The position numbers were made by a program, and so were the translations under genes. From positions 96,001-160,000 of the forward strand of contig JBHLON010000001.1 in assembly GCA_048940445.1 (NCBI GenBank): a stretch of 64,000 nt of DNA. Reading direction: 5' to 3'. Positions 1 to 10,022 of this stretch are shown here, piece after piece; within the stretch, counting starts at the first letter, position 1; each line of letters begins with the position of its first letter. Source of the stretch: Promethearchaeota archaeon (GTDB lineage Archaea > Asgardarchaeota > Lokiarchaeia > Sigyniarchaeales > SOKP01). Below the pieces are notes generated by a model. That model worked only from the letters and a program-made list of their open reading frames with translations, had not been told where the DNA came from and did no database searches.

Positions 1-2
1 TT

Positions 3-89
3 GTAATTCGAAATAAAACTGGAATCATTCTACCTTTAATTGTTGAGGAAGTAAAGAAAATAAAGCAAGAGAGAAAATTAAATAATTGA
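3..89 (+). CDS. 3' end of a CDS entering the window, probably an NAD-dependent deacylase (Sir2 family)
   Basis: Frame 3 reads VIRNKTGIILPLIVEEVKKIKQERKLNN*, resembling the sirtuin C-terminal 'IVIRGKAGEVLP' segment; only 28 aa are visible. Confidence 0.45.
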   Translation, partial: VIRNKTGIILPLIVEEVKKIKQERKLNN

Positions 90-121
90 TTTTTAGTATT
101 TATCTATAATTTTGGATTTAT

Positions 122-1684
122 TTGATGAATGAACGAAACATAATTAAGAAAGATTGGAGAAATATAGATGTATCTTTTGGTTTAATATTTCCAAACCAAT
201 ATGAATTAGGGTTATCCTCATACACAATTAGACTCCTTTATTATTTTATTAATTCTCATGAAAATTATGTTTGTGAAAGAATTTTTCTTCCAAAAAAAGT
301 AAAATATCCTGCTTCTTTAGATTACTCTATTAAAGATATAAGAAGCATGGAGAGTAGTAGATCTCTAATCGATTTTGATATTCTAGGATTTTCTATTCAT
401 GATGAACATGATTTTAAGAATGTATTATGGATATTAGAAAAGGCAGGCATTCCAATCTATTCAAATGAACGAAAAAGAAGCTATCCTTTATTGATTGGTG
501 GTGGCCATGTAGTAACTTCAAATCCCCTACTGTTAAATAAAATGTTTGATCTTTTTTTTATTGGAGATTGCGAACCAAATCTCAATAATTTTTTAACCAA
601 ATTCCTTGAGTTTAAAGCTAAAAGGACTGATTTTAACACATTTCTAAAGGGATTATCATCTATAAGGGGAATTTATATCGCTAGCTTAAAGAATAATGCA
701 CATAGAGAGATTTTAGAGAATCTAGATAAATCACCTATTCCAATACTTCAATTGATTACTAAAAAGAAAGAGGAAAAGAAAGTATTCGAAGAAAACTTTT
801 TTCTTGAAATAAATAGAGGTTGTCCTTTTCAATGCAAATTCTGTATATCATCATATCACAATTCTCCATTTCGTAATAGAAGTTATGAAAATATCTTAAA
901 AACCATAGACGATGCAATTGAAAATTCTTATTTTGAAAAAATTTCTTTAATTGGCTCTTGTGTATCGTCTCATCCGAAATTTTTTGAAATTTGTGAATAT
1001 ATTGTGAATCATGGAAAGAAGTTAAGTATTCCATCAATTAGGATTGATCATATAACACCAAAATTAATTGAGATACTTGAAAAAGTCAACACAAAATCAA
1101 TTACTATCGCACCAGAAACAGCTACTGAATCTTTGAGATTTTCATTAGATAAAAAAATTTCAAATACGAAAATATTAGAAATCCTTACCCTAATTAAGGA
1201 TTCAAAAATCAGAAATATAAAATTTTATTTTTTAATTGGTTTGCCTGAAGAAACTGATGAAGATATTAACCAAATCATCGATTTATTAAAAGATGTTTCT
1301 AACTTTGGATTTGAATTTAATTCACTTAAAGTTAATATTAATCCTTTTGTACCTAAATTTAATACTCCCTTTGAGAACAAAATAGATTTCTATTTATCGC
1401 AAAATTTAAAGTTATTAATTAATAGGTTTCAAAAGATTGAACGCGGATTAAAAAAAATACCTGCAATCAAATTAAAATTTCAAAATCCAAAAGAAATCGT
1501 AAAGAATGCTAGAATCCAAACTATCTTTTCTCTTGGAGATGAGGATATGTCTCAACTATTAATCAAATATTACTCTTATGGAGCCACGCCTGGAGCATTT
1601 AGAAGATCTGAAAAAGAGCTTAAAATTACTCTAGACGATTATTTACTAAAAATAAAAGCCGGATATAAACCTTGGAATATTTAA
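122..1684 (+). CDS. Radical SAM protein, B12-binding-like N-terminus (TIGR03960/YgiQ-like)
   Basis: EINRGCPFQCKFC CxxxCxxC motif; FPNQYELGLS and TIAPE motifs. Confidence 0.85.
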   Translation: MMNERNIIKKDWRNIDVSFGLIFPNQYELGLSSYTIRLLYYFINSHENYVCERIFLPKKVKYPASLDYSIKDIRSMESSRSLIDFDILGFSIHDEHDFKNVLWILEKAGIPIYSNERKRSYPLLIGGGHVVTSNPLLLNKMFDLFFIGDCEPNLNNFLTKFLEFKAKRTDFNTFLKGLSSIRGIYIASLKNNAHREILENLDKSPIPILQLITKKKEEKKVFEENFFLEINRGCPFQCKFCISSYHNSPFRNRSYENILKTIDDAIENSYFEKISLIGSCVSSHPKFFEICEYIVNHGKKLSIPSIRIDHITPKLIEILEKVNTKSITIAPETATESLRFSLDKKISNTKILEILTLIKDSKIRNIKFYFLIGLPEETDEDINQIIDLLKDVSNFGFEFNSLKVNINPFVPKFNTPFENKIDFYLSQNLKLLINRFQKIERGLKKIPAIKLKFQNPKEIVKNARIQTIFSLGDEDMSQLLIKYYSYGATPGAFRRSEKELKITLDDYLLKIKAGYKPWNI

Positions 1685-1699
1685 AAAAAATAAAAAAAA

Positions 1700-2200
1700 T
1701 TATACTTTTTGAAAGGCTTTTTTTGTAGCTCCGCAAACAGGACATTTGTCGGGTGGTGCTCCTTCGTGAGTATAACCACATACTGAACAAATATACATCT
1801 CTTTAACCTTCAAATCTTTTCCTTCTTCAACTAATTTTAATGCTTTTTCGTATAATTTATGATGAATTTTTTCTACTTCATTAGCATAATTAAATGACCT
1901 CTCCGCATCTTTAATTTTTTCTGCTTTGGCATAGTCGATAAATTGTGGATACATCTGAGTAAACTCATAAAATTCGCCGCTGATGGCTTCTTTTAAGTTT
2001 TCTTTTGTAGATTTAATACCACCAAGTGCTTTAAGGTGATTATGAGCGTGAACAGTTTCAGCAGCTGCAGCAGCCCTAAATAGAAGTGCCACGCCAGGAA
2101 ATCCATCTAACTCTGCTTTCTTTGCAAAAGCTAAGTATTTTCTATTTGCTTGCGACTCACCAGCAAAAGCCTCTTTCAATCCATCTTGTGATTTTGTCAT
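1700..2200 (-). CDS. rbr: Rubrerythrin
   Basis: EAFAGESQANRKY, ETVHA, EKIH diiron motifs; C-terminal CSVCGY...CPVC rubredoxin domain. Confidence 0.95.
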   Translation of the reverse strand: MTKSQDGLKEAFAGESQANRKYLAFAKKAELDGFPGVALLFRAAAAAETVHAHNHLKALGGIKSTKENLKEAISGEFYEFTQMYPQFIDYAKAEKIKDAERSFNYANEVEKIHHKLYEKALKLVEEGKDLKVKEMYICSVCGYTHEGAPPDKCPVCGATKKAFQKV

Positions 2201-2326
2201 ATTAGATCTTCTAATATTAGTTAATTAATTTTAAGTTTAGTACTAATATAATTTTAATTTCATTTTTATAATTCATAAATTAATTAATAACTATTTAAAA
2301 TTGTAAAAGAAATGAATATTAAAAAA

Positions 2327-3133
2327 TTAATTTAATAGTGCTCTAATTTTACTAACAATCTTATGTAAATAAAATTCAGCTATCCCAAATTTAGTTTTAG
2401 AATCAAATATCAAAATAATTAGATAATTTTCATTAAAGTATTCTGAAAAGATAAGCTCGTTGTCTTTGGAAGTATAAAACATTTTTAAAATAGAATTATT
2501 ATAGATTTTAATCCTGAAATCTATTTCTTTCAATGCCTTTTTTAATGATCTTTTGTCTTTCGTAGTAGAATAAAGTATTTTTCCTCCATTAGTCAAAAAG
2601 ATAATTTCACTAATTTCATCACTCAATTGAATAGTTTTTATATATTTGATCACTTTATCTTCTTTTTCTAAATTGTATTCCTTGCTTGAAATTTCTTTAA
2701 TAACGTGTTTTATATCATCATCTAATTGGTTATCGTAAATGTATTCTAGCTCTGTTCTAATCTGATTTTTTTTAACATATTTCATGAATTTTATATTTAT
2801 ACGGTTTATGATTCTCTTAAGTATAATCGAATTCTCGTTAATATCACATAATAGAGCATAAAAAAGTGTAGCTTTCTCAAAAATAACAAGCTTTATTCCT
2901 CCACCCATTTCCAAATTTTTTATCTTGTTTCCAATTAATTCTTTTGTAAAAGACATAAGAGCTGTAAAATAAGAAGATATTAATTGTTCTTGTTCTAATC
3001 TAAAAACATCTGTAAAATTAATTCCATAAATGCAAATTCCTGACCTATTAAAGATAAGTAAATTATGAATACTATAAATTTCCGATGATCTTTTAATTTT
3101 TGAGATAAATGGAGAGTTCTCCTGTATTGTCAT
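2327..3133 (-). CDS. Longin-like domain fused to a second longin/roadblock-like domain (Asgard eukaryotic-signature type)
   Basis: IHNLLIFNRSGICIY...LISSYFTALMSFTKEL longin pattern; second unit ISEIIFLTNGGKILYS...LIILIFDSKTKFGIAEFYL. Confidence 0.6.
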   Translation of the reverse strand: MTIQENSPFISKIKRSSEIYSIHNLLIFNRSGICIYGINFTDVFRLEQEQLISSYFTALMSFTKELIGNKIKNLEMGGGIKLVIFEKATLFYALLCDINENSIILKRIINRINIKFMKYVKKNQIRTELEYIYDNQLDDDIKHVIKEISSKEYNLEKEDKVIKYIKTIQLSDEISEIIFLTNGGKILYSTTKDKRSLKKALKEIDFRIKIYNNSILKMFYTSKDNELIFSEYFNENYLIILIFDSKTKFGIAEFYLHKIVSKIRALLN

Positions 3134-3583
3134 ATCATTTCTTTAGTACTAAAATATAAAAAGCACTAACTTTTAGACACACCAATTTTTAGATAGAGCT
3201 CGAATTAATTCTAATTAAAATATTAATGGTCCGACACTCAAATAAAAAAATGTTAGAAATTATAATAATGAAACCGTTTAGGGAATTAAACTTCCATTAA
3301 TTCATTTTTTAATAGTTTCCTTTAGACTCTACCAATAGATTTTAAAAGCTTTAAAATAAACTCATCTAGAACTCAATTAAATCAGACTAATTAGCTATTT
3401 TACTGAAAAATTTGTAAATGTTTAAAATTTAATAGTATACCACGTAAAAGATTGATTTTTTTAAAGTAAGGCTAGACTGATAATATTAACCTTCTATGAT
3501 GGTTTTTCAACTAAGTTTAAATATAAGCTAAGAGAATTATATTTTAAATACAATTTATTTTAAAAACAATTTAGAATAATAAA

Positions 3584-3589
3584 AGGAGG
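3584..3589 (+). promoter_or_regulatory. Strong Shine-Dalgarno (AGGAGG) for the histone gene; TATA-like TTTAAATA at about 3516-3523
   Basis: AGGAGG lies 8 nt upstream of ATG 3598. Confidence 0.6.
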
Positions 3590-3597
3590 AATAAAAA

Positions 3598-3795
3598 ATG
3601 GCTAAAAAACCTGCACAAGATACTCTTTTCGTGAAAAGCAAAGTAAAGGAATACATCAAAGGTAAGGGCTGCAATACCGCATCAGAAGTCCTCGATGGAA
3701 AAAAATTGAATGCCATCTTACTTGATTTATTAGATAAGGCTGTCGAACGCGCTAAGGCAAATAATAGAAAGACTGTTCAAGAGAGAGATCTTTAA
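3598..3795 (+). CDS. Histone-fold protein, truncated-alpha3 (face-to-face/Bd0055-like) type
   Basis: LFVKSKVKEYIK...KAVERAKANNRKTVQERDL; ends right after RKTV..DL. Confidence 0.85.
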   Translation: MAKKPAQDTLFVKSKVKEYIKGKGCNTASEVLDGKKLNAILLDLLDKAVERAKANNRKTVQERDL

Positions 3796-3898
3796 ACGGA
3801 ATTGGTTGATTAAGTAATTTATTAAATCAAATTTTTTTTACTTACTTATTAAAAAAAAGAAAGAAATTTAATTTTTAAGTTTAAATCAATATAATATC

Positions 3899-5227
3899 TC
3901 AGTTTTCCTCCAACATCTGCATTAGAATAGCTTCCATCATGATACCAGTTTGTACACCCACGGACATTGATTCCTCGTACTGAGTGTCATCCCATTCATC
4001 TTCTGGAATTATATAGCCTAATTCATCATTACCTAAACCAATTTGAAACTTATATGATGCAGTCATCGCTTCTCGTAGGCGAAAACCTATACTTGGTAAT
4101 ACTTCTCCTGGCATTGTAATTATTTGAGCGTTTCCAATAGTAATAAGATTTACTTCTGTGGTTATAATCCCCAAACCTGGAGAATCAACATACCAAGGTT
4201 GTTCTCTAGAAAGTATACCCATTTGTAAAGCACCAAAAAATTGCATATTTTCTAATGGGACTGAGAATGTTTCTTTTTCCACGTTAAAAGCGATTTTAGG
4301 TAGAGACTTTTTCACAGATCTATGGGGTTTCAGAGCATTAATTGTGGCTTTTGCGAGAGCATAACCTATTTCTTTTGCTTTTTCAAATGTATGTTCTTCT
4401 ACATCTGGTGTAATCATCCCTCCTAAAGCTCCATTGAAGAAGATTGCAACACCACCAAATTTCTTTTCAACTTTATTACGTAAGTACCCCACATAATCTG
4501 AAGATATGGCATAATTATCTGACCAAAGAACCTCTGGATGCCCTGCAAAATTAATTAATGTAGCTATTGTATGACCTCTCTTATCCTCTACTTTCATTAG
4601 GCTTAAGTCGGGATATACGCGTCCTGGATCTCGTGAATTTTTCATCAATCCCGGAACAGAGGCTGAAGCAAATCGAATTCTAGCCTTTTCCAAATTTTTA
4701 TATGATTGACCAATACAATCCATAATTTGATTTTTTATATATCCCATATAAGCTAAATTGACGCCCCAATCTGGGATTGGAGCGGACCAAAGTCCAAGAG
4801 TGTCAGGTCCAGAATGAGTATGAGTACATGCTATAATAATATTATTTGCATTGATACCGTATTCTGCCTCAACTTCTTTTCTTACCTCATCTACTTGATC
4901 AATAAAATAACCAATTAAATCAAGAGCTACAAGTACTATCGATTTTCCTCCATAATTTAAGATTAAACACCGAACAAAAATATCATCATGAACTGCCACT
5001 GCAGGACGATCTCCAATATCGCCAAATCCAGCAAGGAAAACAGGGTATCCATCTGGATATATAGGAACACCCTCCTCTGTAGTCATCGGAGTTATTGGTA
5101 ATGAAAATGCTCCAGCCATTAATTTCAATGTAGGTTTTTTACATGCTGTAGCTCCCACGGGAAAAGCAAAAATTGATAATCCCATGATTAAGACGAGTGT
5201 AAATACTTTTACTTTCGTTTTATTCAT
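3899..5227 (-). CDS. Secreted neutral/alkaline ceramidase-family amidohydrolase
   Basis: Signal peptide MNKTKVKVFTLVLIMGLSIFAFPVGA; THTHSGPD, NFAGHPE, SSDYVG, PGE and GLGNDELGYI motifs; ATG 5227 preferred over TTG 5242. Confidence 0.75.
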   Translation of the reverse strand: MNKTKVKVFTLVLIMGLSIFAFPVGATACKKPTLKLMAGAFSLPITPMTTEEGVPIYPDGYPVFLAGFGDIGDRPAVAVHDDIFVRCLILNYGGKSIVLVALDLIGYFIDQVDEVRKEVEAEYGINANNIIIACTHTHSGPDTLGLWSAPIPDWGVNLAYMGYIKNQIMDCIGQSYKNLEKARIRFASASVPGLMKNSRDPGRVYPDLSLMKVEDKRGHTIATLINFAGHPEVLWSDNYAISSDYVGYLRNKVEKKFGGVAIFFNGALGGMITPDVEEHTFEKAKEIGYALAKATINALKPHRSVKKSLPKIAFNVEKETFSVPLENMQFFGALQMGILSREQPWYVDSPGLGIITTEVNLITIGNAQIITMPGEVLPSIGFRLREAMTASYKFQIGLGNDELGYIIPEDEWDDTQYEESMSVGVQTGIMMEAILMQMLEEN

Positions 5228-5557
5228 TTTAAAGCACCTCAATGATTAGAAGAAAAGTATTTTTCTTAAAATCATTTTAATTGAAACTTAATTAGTTTTT
5301 CTTAGATTTCTATACAATCTATGATAATTAAAAGATATAAAAATCTTACCTATATGTCAAAAAATTAAAAATTTTATACTGTATTCTCATTTAAATTACA
5401 CTTTTTATAATTTATAGTCATTACACACACAATTTATAGAATAAAAAATTCTAAAACAAATCGCCTTATCCGTTAACCCTACCCTTTTTAAGTAGAATTT
5501 TTTATTCTACATTCTCTCCTTTTCCTTGAATCTTTTAGAAAGAAGGATTAGATTATT

Positions 5558-6109
5558 TTAATCTTTTTTTAATTCTTTATCCACTATAAAAAAACCTATT
5601 GATAAAACACTTCTCAATCTCTGTAAATCGTCCTTTAATTTTTTTACACGTTGATAGGGCCCTGAAACGGCTAAAATCTCTAAACATTTTTCATATTCTA
5701 AATGAACATGCAGAGTAGAAATAATAATATCATTAAAATGATGTTGAATATCAGTTTTTAAGATCTCATCAGTTTGGTAAGTACTAGCATAGATAGGTCG
5801 TGAACCAAAATCATGAGTATGATGTGATTCATCGTGGTCAATCACATGAGAATGATCATGTAAATCGTGATCTTTTTCATCATCTTGGTTAGTATTTTTT
5901 TGCTCAAAATGTTTGTGTATCATGACTATTGAAATACAACCAACTACATTTCCAGAAATTATAGGAATGTTTTCTTCGGCCACCATCAAAGCTTTCATGG
6001 CTTTTCTAATAGCATCAGACCTAGATATATTGATAGCCTCTCTAAAGGTTTCAAATTCTTCATAAAGATCTCTAGGGAGAGAGACTGTGAATCGTTTATA
6101 TTCTTCCAT
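5558..6109 (-). CDS. nikR: Nickel-responsive regulator NikR with a His-rich insertion
   Basis: RHH domain KRFTVSLP...SRSDAIRKA; Ni ligands QHH...STLHVHL...CLE. Confidence 0.85.
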   Translation of the reverse strand: MEEYKRFTVSLPRDLYEEFETFREAINISRSDAIRKAMKALMVAEENIPIISGNVVGCISIVMIHKHFEQKNTNQDDEKDHDLHDHSHVIDHDESHHTHDFGSRPIYASTYQTDEILKTDIQHHFNDIIISTLHVHLEYEKCLEILAVSGPYQRVKKLKDDLQRLRSVLSIGFFIVDKELKKD

Positions 6110-6142
6110 ATTTTATAAAATATTATAATTAGATTATGTAAT

Positions 6143-6877
6143 TTATTTCTTTATAACAATCGCAATTGGAACCGATGCTTCACGCCATTGTGCTATCTTA
6201 CCTGAATATTCTAAGTCTAATTTTACACGTCCATGGTCTCCGAGGATAATCATTAAAGAGTTAGGTCTCAATTGCTTATAGTTGCTTAAAATCCATTTAT
6301 CTGTGCGAAGTATCAACTTCTCAATCAAATCTTCAGGTGTTCTTTGCTTCAAAGCCTGTTGTTGTTTATGGAGATTTTCAAAATCTAGATAGTGCATTAA
6401 AGAAATATCAAAATTATTAATAGTTTTGGCACTCTCAATCCAAGTCGCCATATCTGTTTCTTTAGGAACTGAAAGTGTTCCAGCAGCATATCGTTCCACA
6501 TCTTTTTTTCTACCAATTAAACATGACTTTTTTCCTTTTTCATTAAGATATCGTAATAGATGAAAATGGTTGGGTTCCATAGTAAAACCCCCATAAAATA
6601 TTTGGTGAAGTACTCCTAATGTATATGGATTTTTAGTAGATAACAACAACATCATTTCAGATTGGCGTATCATAAATTCGGGTTTATGATAAGTAATTTC
6701 AAAAAGACCAAAATTATCAATAATGTTAATACTAATTCTTTCAACACCGTGATAAGCCTCAATCATAGAATCTACAGGTTCTGGAATGATATCAAGGGGG
6801 GGATCAATATCAAGTAATTTTAAAAAGGTAGCCGGTAATTGGTTTAAATAGCATTTAATTGTTTGAAGTTCACTCAT
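6143..6877 (-). CDS. Alkaline phosphatase superfamily-like protein (divergent)
   Basis: ISINIIDNFG and IILGDHG motifs; N-terminal QLPATFLKLLDIDPP; C-terminal VPI. Confidence 0.55.
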   Translation of the reverse strand: MSELQTIKCYLNQLPATFLKLLDIDPPLDIIPEPVDSMIEAYHGVERISINIIDNFGLFEITYHKPEFMIRQSEMMLLLSTKNPYTLGVLHQIFYGGFTMEPNHFHLLRYLNEKGKKSCLIGRKKDVERYAAGTLSVPKETDMATWIESAKTINNFDISLMHYLDFENLHKQQQALKQRTPEDLIEKLILRTDKWILSNYKQLRPNSLMIILGDHGRVKLDLEYSGKIAQWREASVPIAIVIKK

Positions 6878-7039
6878 TCTATAGTCCTAAAATTATTAGT
6901 TTAATTTAATATTATTAGTTCTTAATTATTATAATAATTATCATAAAATAATTAGAATTTATTATTTTTAGTACGAAAATTTTACACCAATTCTCAATGA
7001 GAAAAGTATTATTAAATTTCTTGAAAAGTGAATAAATGA

Positions 7040-8335
7040 ATGAAAATATTATATATTGATACCTCTAATTCTGGAATTTCTGGAGATATGTTCTTAGCTT
7101 CCTTATTAGATATAATACCTAATCCTAAGGAATTATTAGATGAGTTAAAACTAATAAAGAACTATGCTAAAGGAGTGAAAAAACTTGAAATTGCTTGGGA
7201 AAAAGTTAAAAGAACAGGAATTATGGTTAATCACCTTAAAGTGGAGATTGAAGAAAATAAAAATGAAAGATCATCTAAGAACCTAAAAGAATCCTTACAA
7301 GCATTTTTAGATGAAAGAAAGTATTCTGAATTAGCAAAAAAGTATGCTATTAAAGTTTTAGAATCATTATTTCAAGCAGAAGCAGAGGTTCATGATTCTT
7401 TAATAAAAGATATTCATCTGCATGAATTAAGTTCAGTAGACACATTAATTGATATTTTAGGAGTTTCAAAAGCTCTAGATATATTAGGATGTTTTAGCGA
7501 GAGTTTTGAGATATACTGTAGTAAAATTCCATTAGGAGCTGGCAAAATCAAGACTGCTCATGGAATATTAGCTATTCCAGCCCCTGCCACGATAAAAATA
7601 TTAGAAAATTCCAAGTTAATAACTGAATCTGGTCCTATAGAGAGTGAATTAGTTACTCCAACTGGTGCAGCTTTATTAGTTAATCTGAACCCAAAATTCT
7701 TAAGATATTCTGATGAAATGGAACTTAAAAAGGTAGCATATAGCACAGGGGATAAAGAGTTTAAAAGATTCTCAAATATCTTAAGAATTTTCTATGGCAA
7801 AGGTCCTGATATTAACATTCAATCAAATCAAATTTCTTTGAAAAAATATGTAGAAGACATAACTGTTATAGAAACTGATGTCGATGATGTGTCTGGAGAG
7901 CTACTGGGAAATTTAATTAAATGCTTGGAAAATAAACAAATTCTTGATATTCAAGTTATTCCAAGCATCACTAAAAAAAATAGACCAAGTCACATTGTTA
8001 AAGTATTATGTCATCCTGAAAACAGATTTGAAATAATAAAAACTCTGATAGACGAATTAGGAACTCTTGGCGTAAGATTTAATACTATAAAAAGGGTTTG
8101 TATAGATAGAAAGATAATTAATTCAGAATTGCAAATTCTTGATAAGATTTACCAAGTTTCCTTCAAGATAGCTTATTATGAAACTGAAAATAAAAAAAAA
8201 ATTGTTAACATTAAACCAGAATATGATGATCTTAAAAAAATTAGTTCTGAAACAGGAATATCATTAAAAGAAATTCTTACTTATGCGCAAGAGAAGTTAA
8301 AAAGATTAGCAGATGAATTTGAAATTAAATTCTAA
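7040..8335 (+). CDS. larC: Nickel pincer cofactor Ni-insertion protein LarC
   Basis: SGISGDMFL, EAEVH...HLHEL...DTLID, AHG..PAPAT, ELVTPTGAA, ETDVDD, KPEYDD. Confidence 0.95.
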   Translation: MKILYIDTSNSGISGDMFLASLLDIIPNPKELLDELKLIKNYAKGVKKLEIAWEKVKRTGIMVNHLKVEIEENKNERSSKNLKESLQAFLDERKYSELAKKYAIKVLESLFQAEAEVHDSLIKDIHLHELSSVDTLIDILGVSKALDILGCFSESFEIYCSKIPLGAGKIKTAHGILAIPAPATIKILENSKLITESGPIESELVTPTGAALLVNLNPKFLRYSDEMELKKVAYSTGDKEFKRFSNILRIFYGKGPDINIQSNQISLKKYVEDITVIETDVDDVSGELLGNLIKCLENKQILDIQVIPSITKKNRPSHIVKVLCHPENRFEIIKTLIDELGTLGVRFNTIKRVCIDRKIINSELQILDKIYQVSFKIAYYETENKKKIVNIKPEYDDLKKISSETGISLKEILTYAQEKLKRLADEFEIKF

Positions 8336-8388
8336 TCAATTAAAAAAAAGAAATTTAAATTGATTTTTTCTTTCATCTTTACTTTAAA

Positions 8389-8931
8389 CTAAAATTTATC
8401 AACATTAAATTTGTGTAGAAGATACTCGTCCTCTGTGATTTCCTTCGAAAATTCTTTCAATCGAGAAAGCTCCCTTCTAATATCTTTCTCTTTTCTTAGT
8501 TTACCTAATTCATGATATATTCCTGCAGCTTCATTGAAAGTTTTTATACATTCATCATAATTACCTGAGACTTCAAGATCCTCTGCTAAAAAGACGAGAC
8601 TTTCTGCTATATCTAACTTTTTACCAAGTTTTTTCTGTATCTTTAATGATTGATATGAATATTTTAGACCTAATGGATATTGTTTAAATTTTGTATAAGT
8701 CCGTCCTAAAGCTCTGAGAACCATTGCCTCCTCGGTTTTAAGATTATTTTCTTGACAATACTTCAAAATATTATTCAAGAAATTGATTAACTCCTCTTTC
8801 TGCACTGTTTTGGAGCGTTCTATATGATTAATAGCTTTTTCATAACTCTCAATAGTACTAAGTATATCGCCACTTTCAAAAAATTGTTTTGATTTTTCAA
8901 AATCTTCAATGGTTGCGACCATCGGTCTCAA
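8389..8931 (-). CDS. Tetratricopeptide repeat protein
   Basis: EAMVLRALGRTY...YQSLKI and AESLVFLAEDL...NEAAGIY TPR-like helices. Confidence 0.75.
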   Translation of the reverse strand: MRPMVATIEDFEKSKQFFESGDILSTIESYEKAINHIERSKTVQKEELINFLNNILKYCQENNLKTEEAMVLRALGRTYTKFKQYPLGLKYSYQSLKIQKKLGKKLDIAESLVFLAEDLEVSGNYDECIKTFNEAAGIYHELGKLRKEKDIRRELSRLKEFSKEITEDEYLLHKFNVDKF

Positions 8932-9262
8932 CTCTAGTTACAAAATTTTTTTTCTGTAGATTTTATATAGAATTAGTTTCAATATTATCTATATTGATTT
9001 ACCTATTTATACTTTCCTATTATTTGAATGAATGTGTTTTACACCCGAAAACTACCTTTTTAGCTTGGTGATGTGAAAGTTAATAAAATATGGTTTAAAT
9101 CTTAATAAGTTTATAATAAGGTTATATGTAATTTTGTTCAAATAATCGTTTATACAAATCCAACATTATGAAAAAAGAAATAAAAATTAGATATAAAAAT
9201 AATCTTTTTTTAATTAGGATTTAGGGACTGTATTTATAAGAAAAAAAAAAGAAAATTAATAT

Positions 9263-9925
9263 TTATATCAAACCAAGTGGAACGAAAATACATAATGCAA
9301 CTATTCCAATGGCATAAATTATTCCAACTATCTTTATTTTATCCTTTAACTCAGGTTTATCATATACGTAAAACGCACCTACGAAGAAATAGAAGTATCC
9401 AATGAAGAAAATGGGAACTAATGAAATCCCCCACGTCCAATTCCACCAGGGATATTCCCAAATAAGATACCCTCCCAAATTTAGAAATATTTCCACGATT
9501 ACACAAAATAAAGAGAAACCAACTGCCATAGCCCATCTATTTGGTATTCGTCCAAATAATTTTTCATCCTTATCTTTAGGAAGAAATTTCGCAAATACGA
9601 TTCCTGCGATAGAAAACATAAAAGCAATCTCAATATTCCATCCAACCAAAATAATATAGGCACTTGCTCCTGGAGTCGTCCAAACTGCTGAATAATTTGA
9701 AAAAGCGAAAACAAGAGCATTCCAAATTTCATTGATTAAATCTAAGCCCAAAACTGTCAACCCTGCAAATATTGTACTCCAGTCCTTTGTTTCTCTTGCT
9801 TTTTTAATCTCTACACCATAGATGTATAAGACAATAGCAAGGAGAGGGATAATATACCAACCAAATTCAGGGTTAAGAACCCTTAATTTTGACCATGCTT
9901 CTAATGAAGCAGGAGTCGGAACCAT
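9263..9925 (-). CDS. Multi-pass membrane protein of unknown function
   Basis: About 6 hydrophobic segments; NEIWN and GWNIEIAFMF motifs; directly downstream of larB. Confidence 0.7.
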   Translation of the reverse strand: MVPTPASLEAWSKLRVLNPEFGWYIIPLLAIVLYIYGVEIKKARETKDWSTIFAGLTVLGLDLINEIWNALVFAFSNYSAVWTTPGASAYIILVGWNIEIAFMFSIAGIVFAKFLPKDKDEKLFGRIPNRWAMAVGFSLFCVIVEIFLNLGGYLIWEYPWWNWTWGISLVPIFFIGYFYFFVGAFYVYDKPELKDKIKIVGIIYAIGIVALCIFVPLGLI

Positions 9926-10022
9926 ATTAAATCAACCTTTTTTTAAATCTTTTTTGTAATAAATTGTTTATTGAATTCATTTAAGAAGTATTTATAGTTT
10001 TTTATGTGAGTCCTTGAAAAAA

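Noticed and set aside
5492-5510. GTAGAAT-N5-ATTCTAC inverted repeat downstream of nikR
   Set aside because: Short, single and far from any start codon; no function can be supported
8889-9071. 60-aa plus-strand ORF upstream of the TPR gene
   Set aside because: TTG start overlapping the TPR gene on the opposite strand; composition matches AT-rich intergenic DNA
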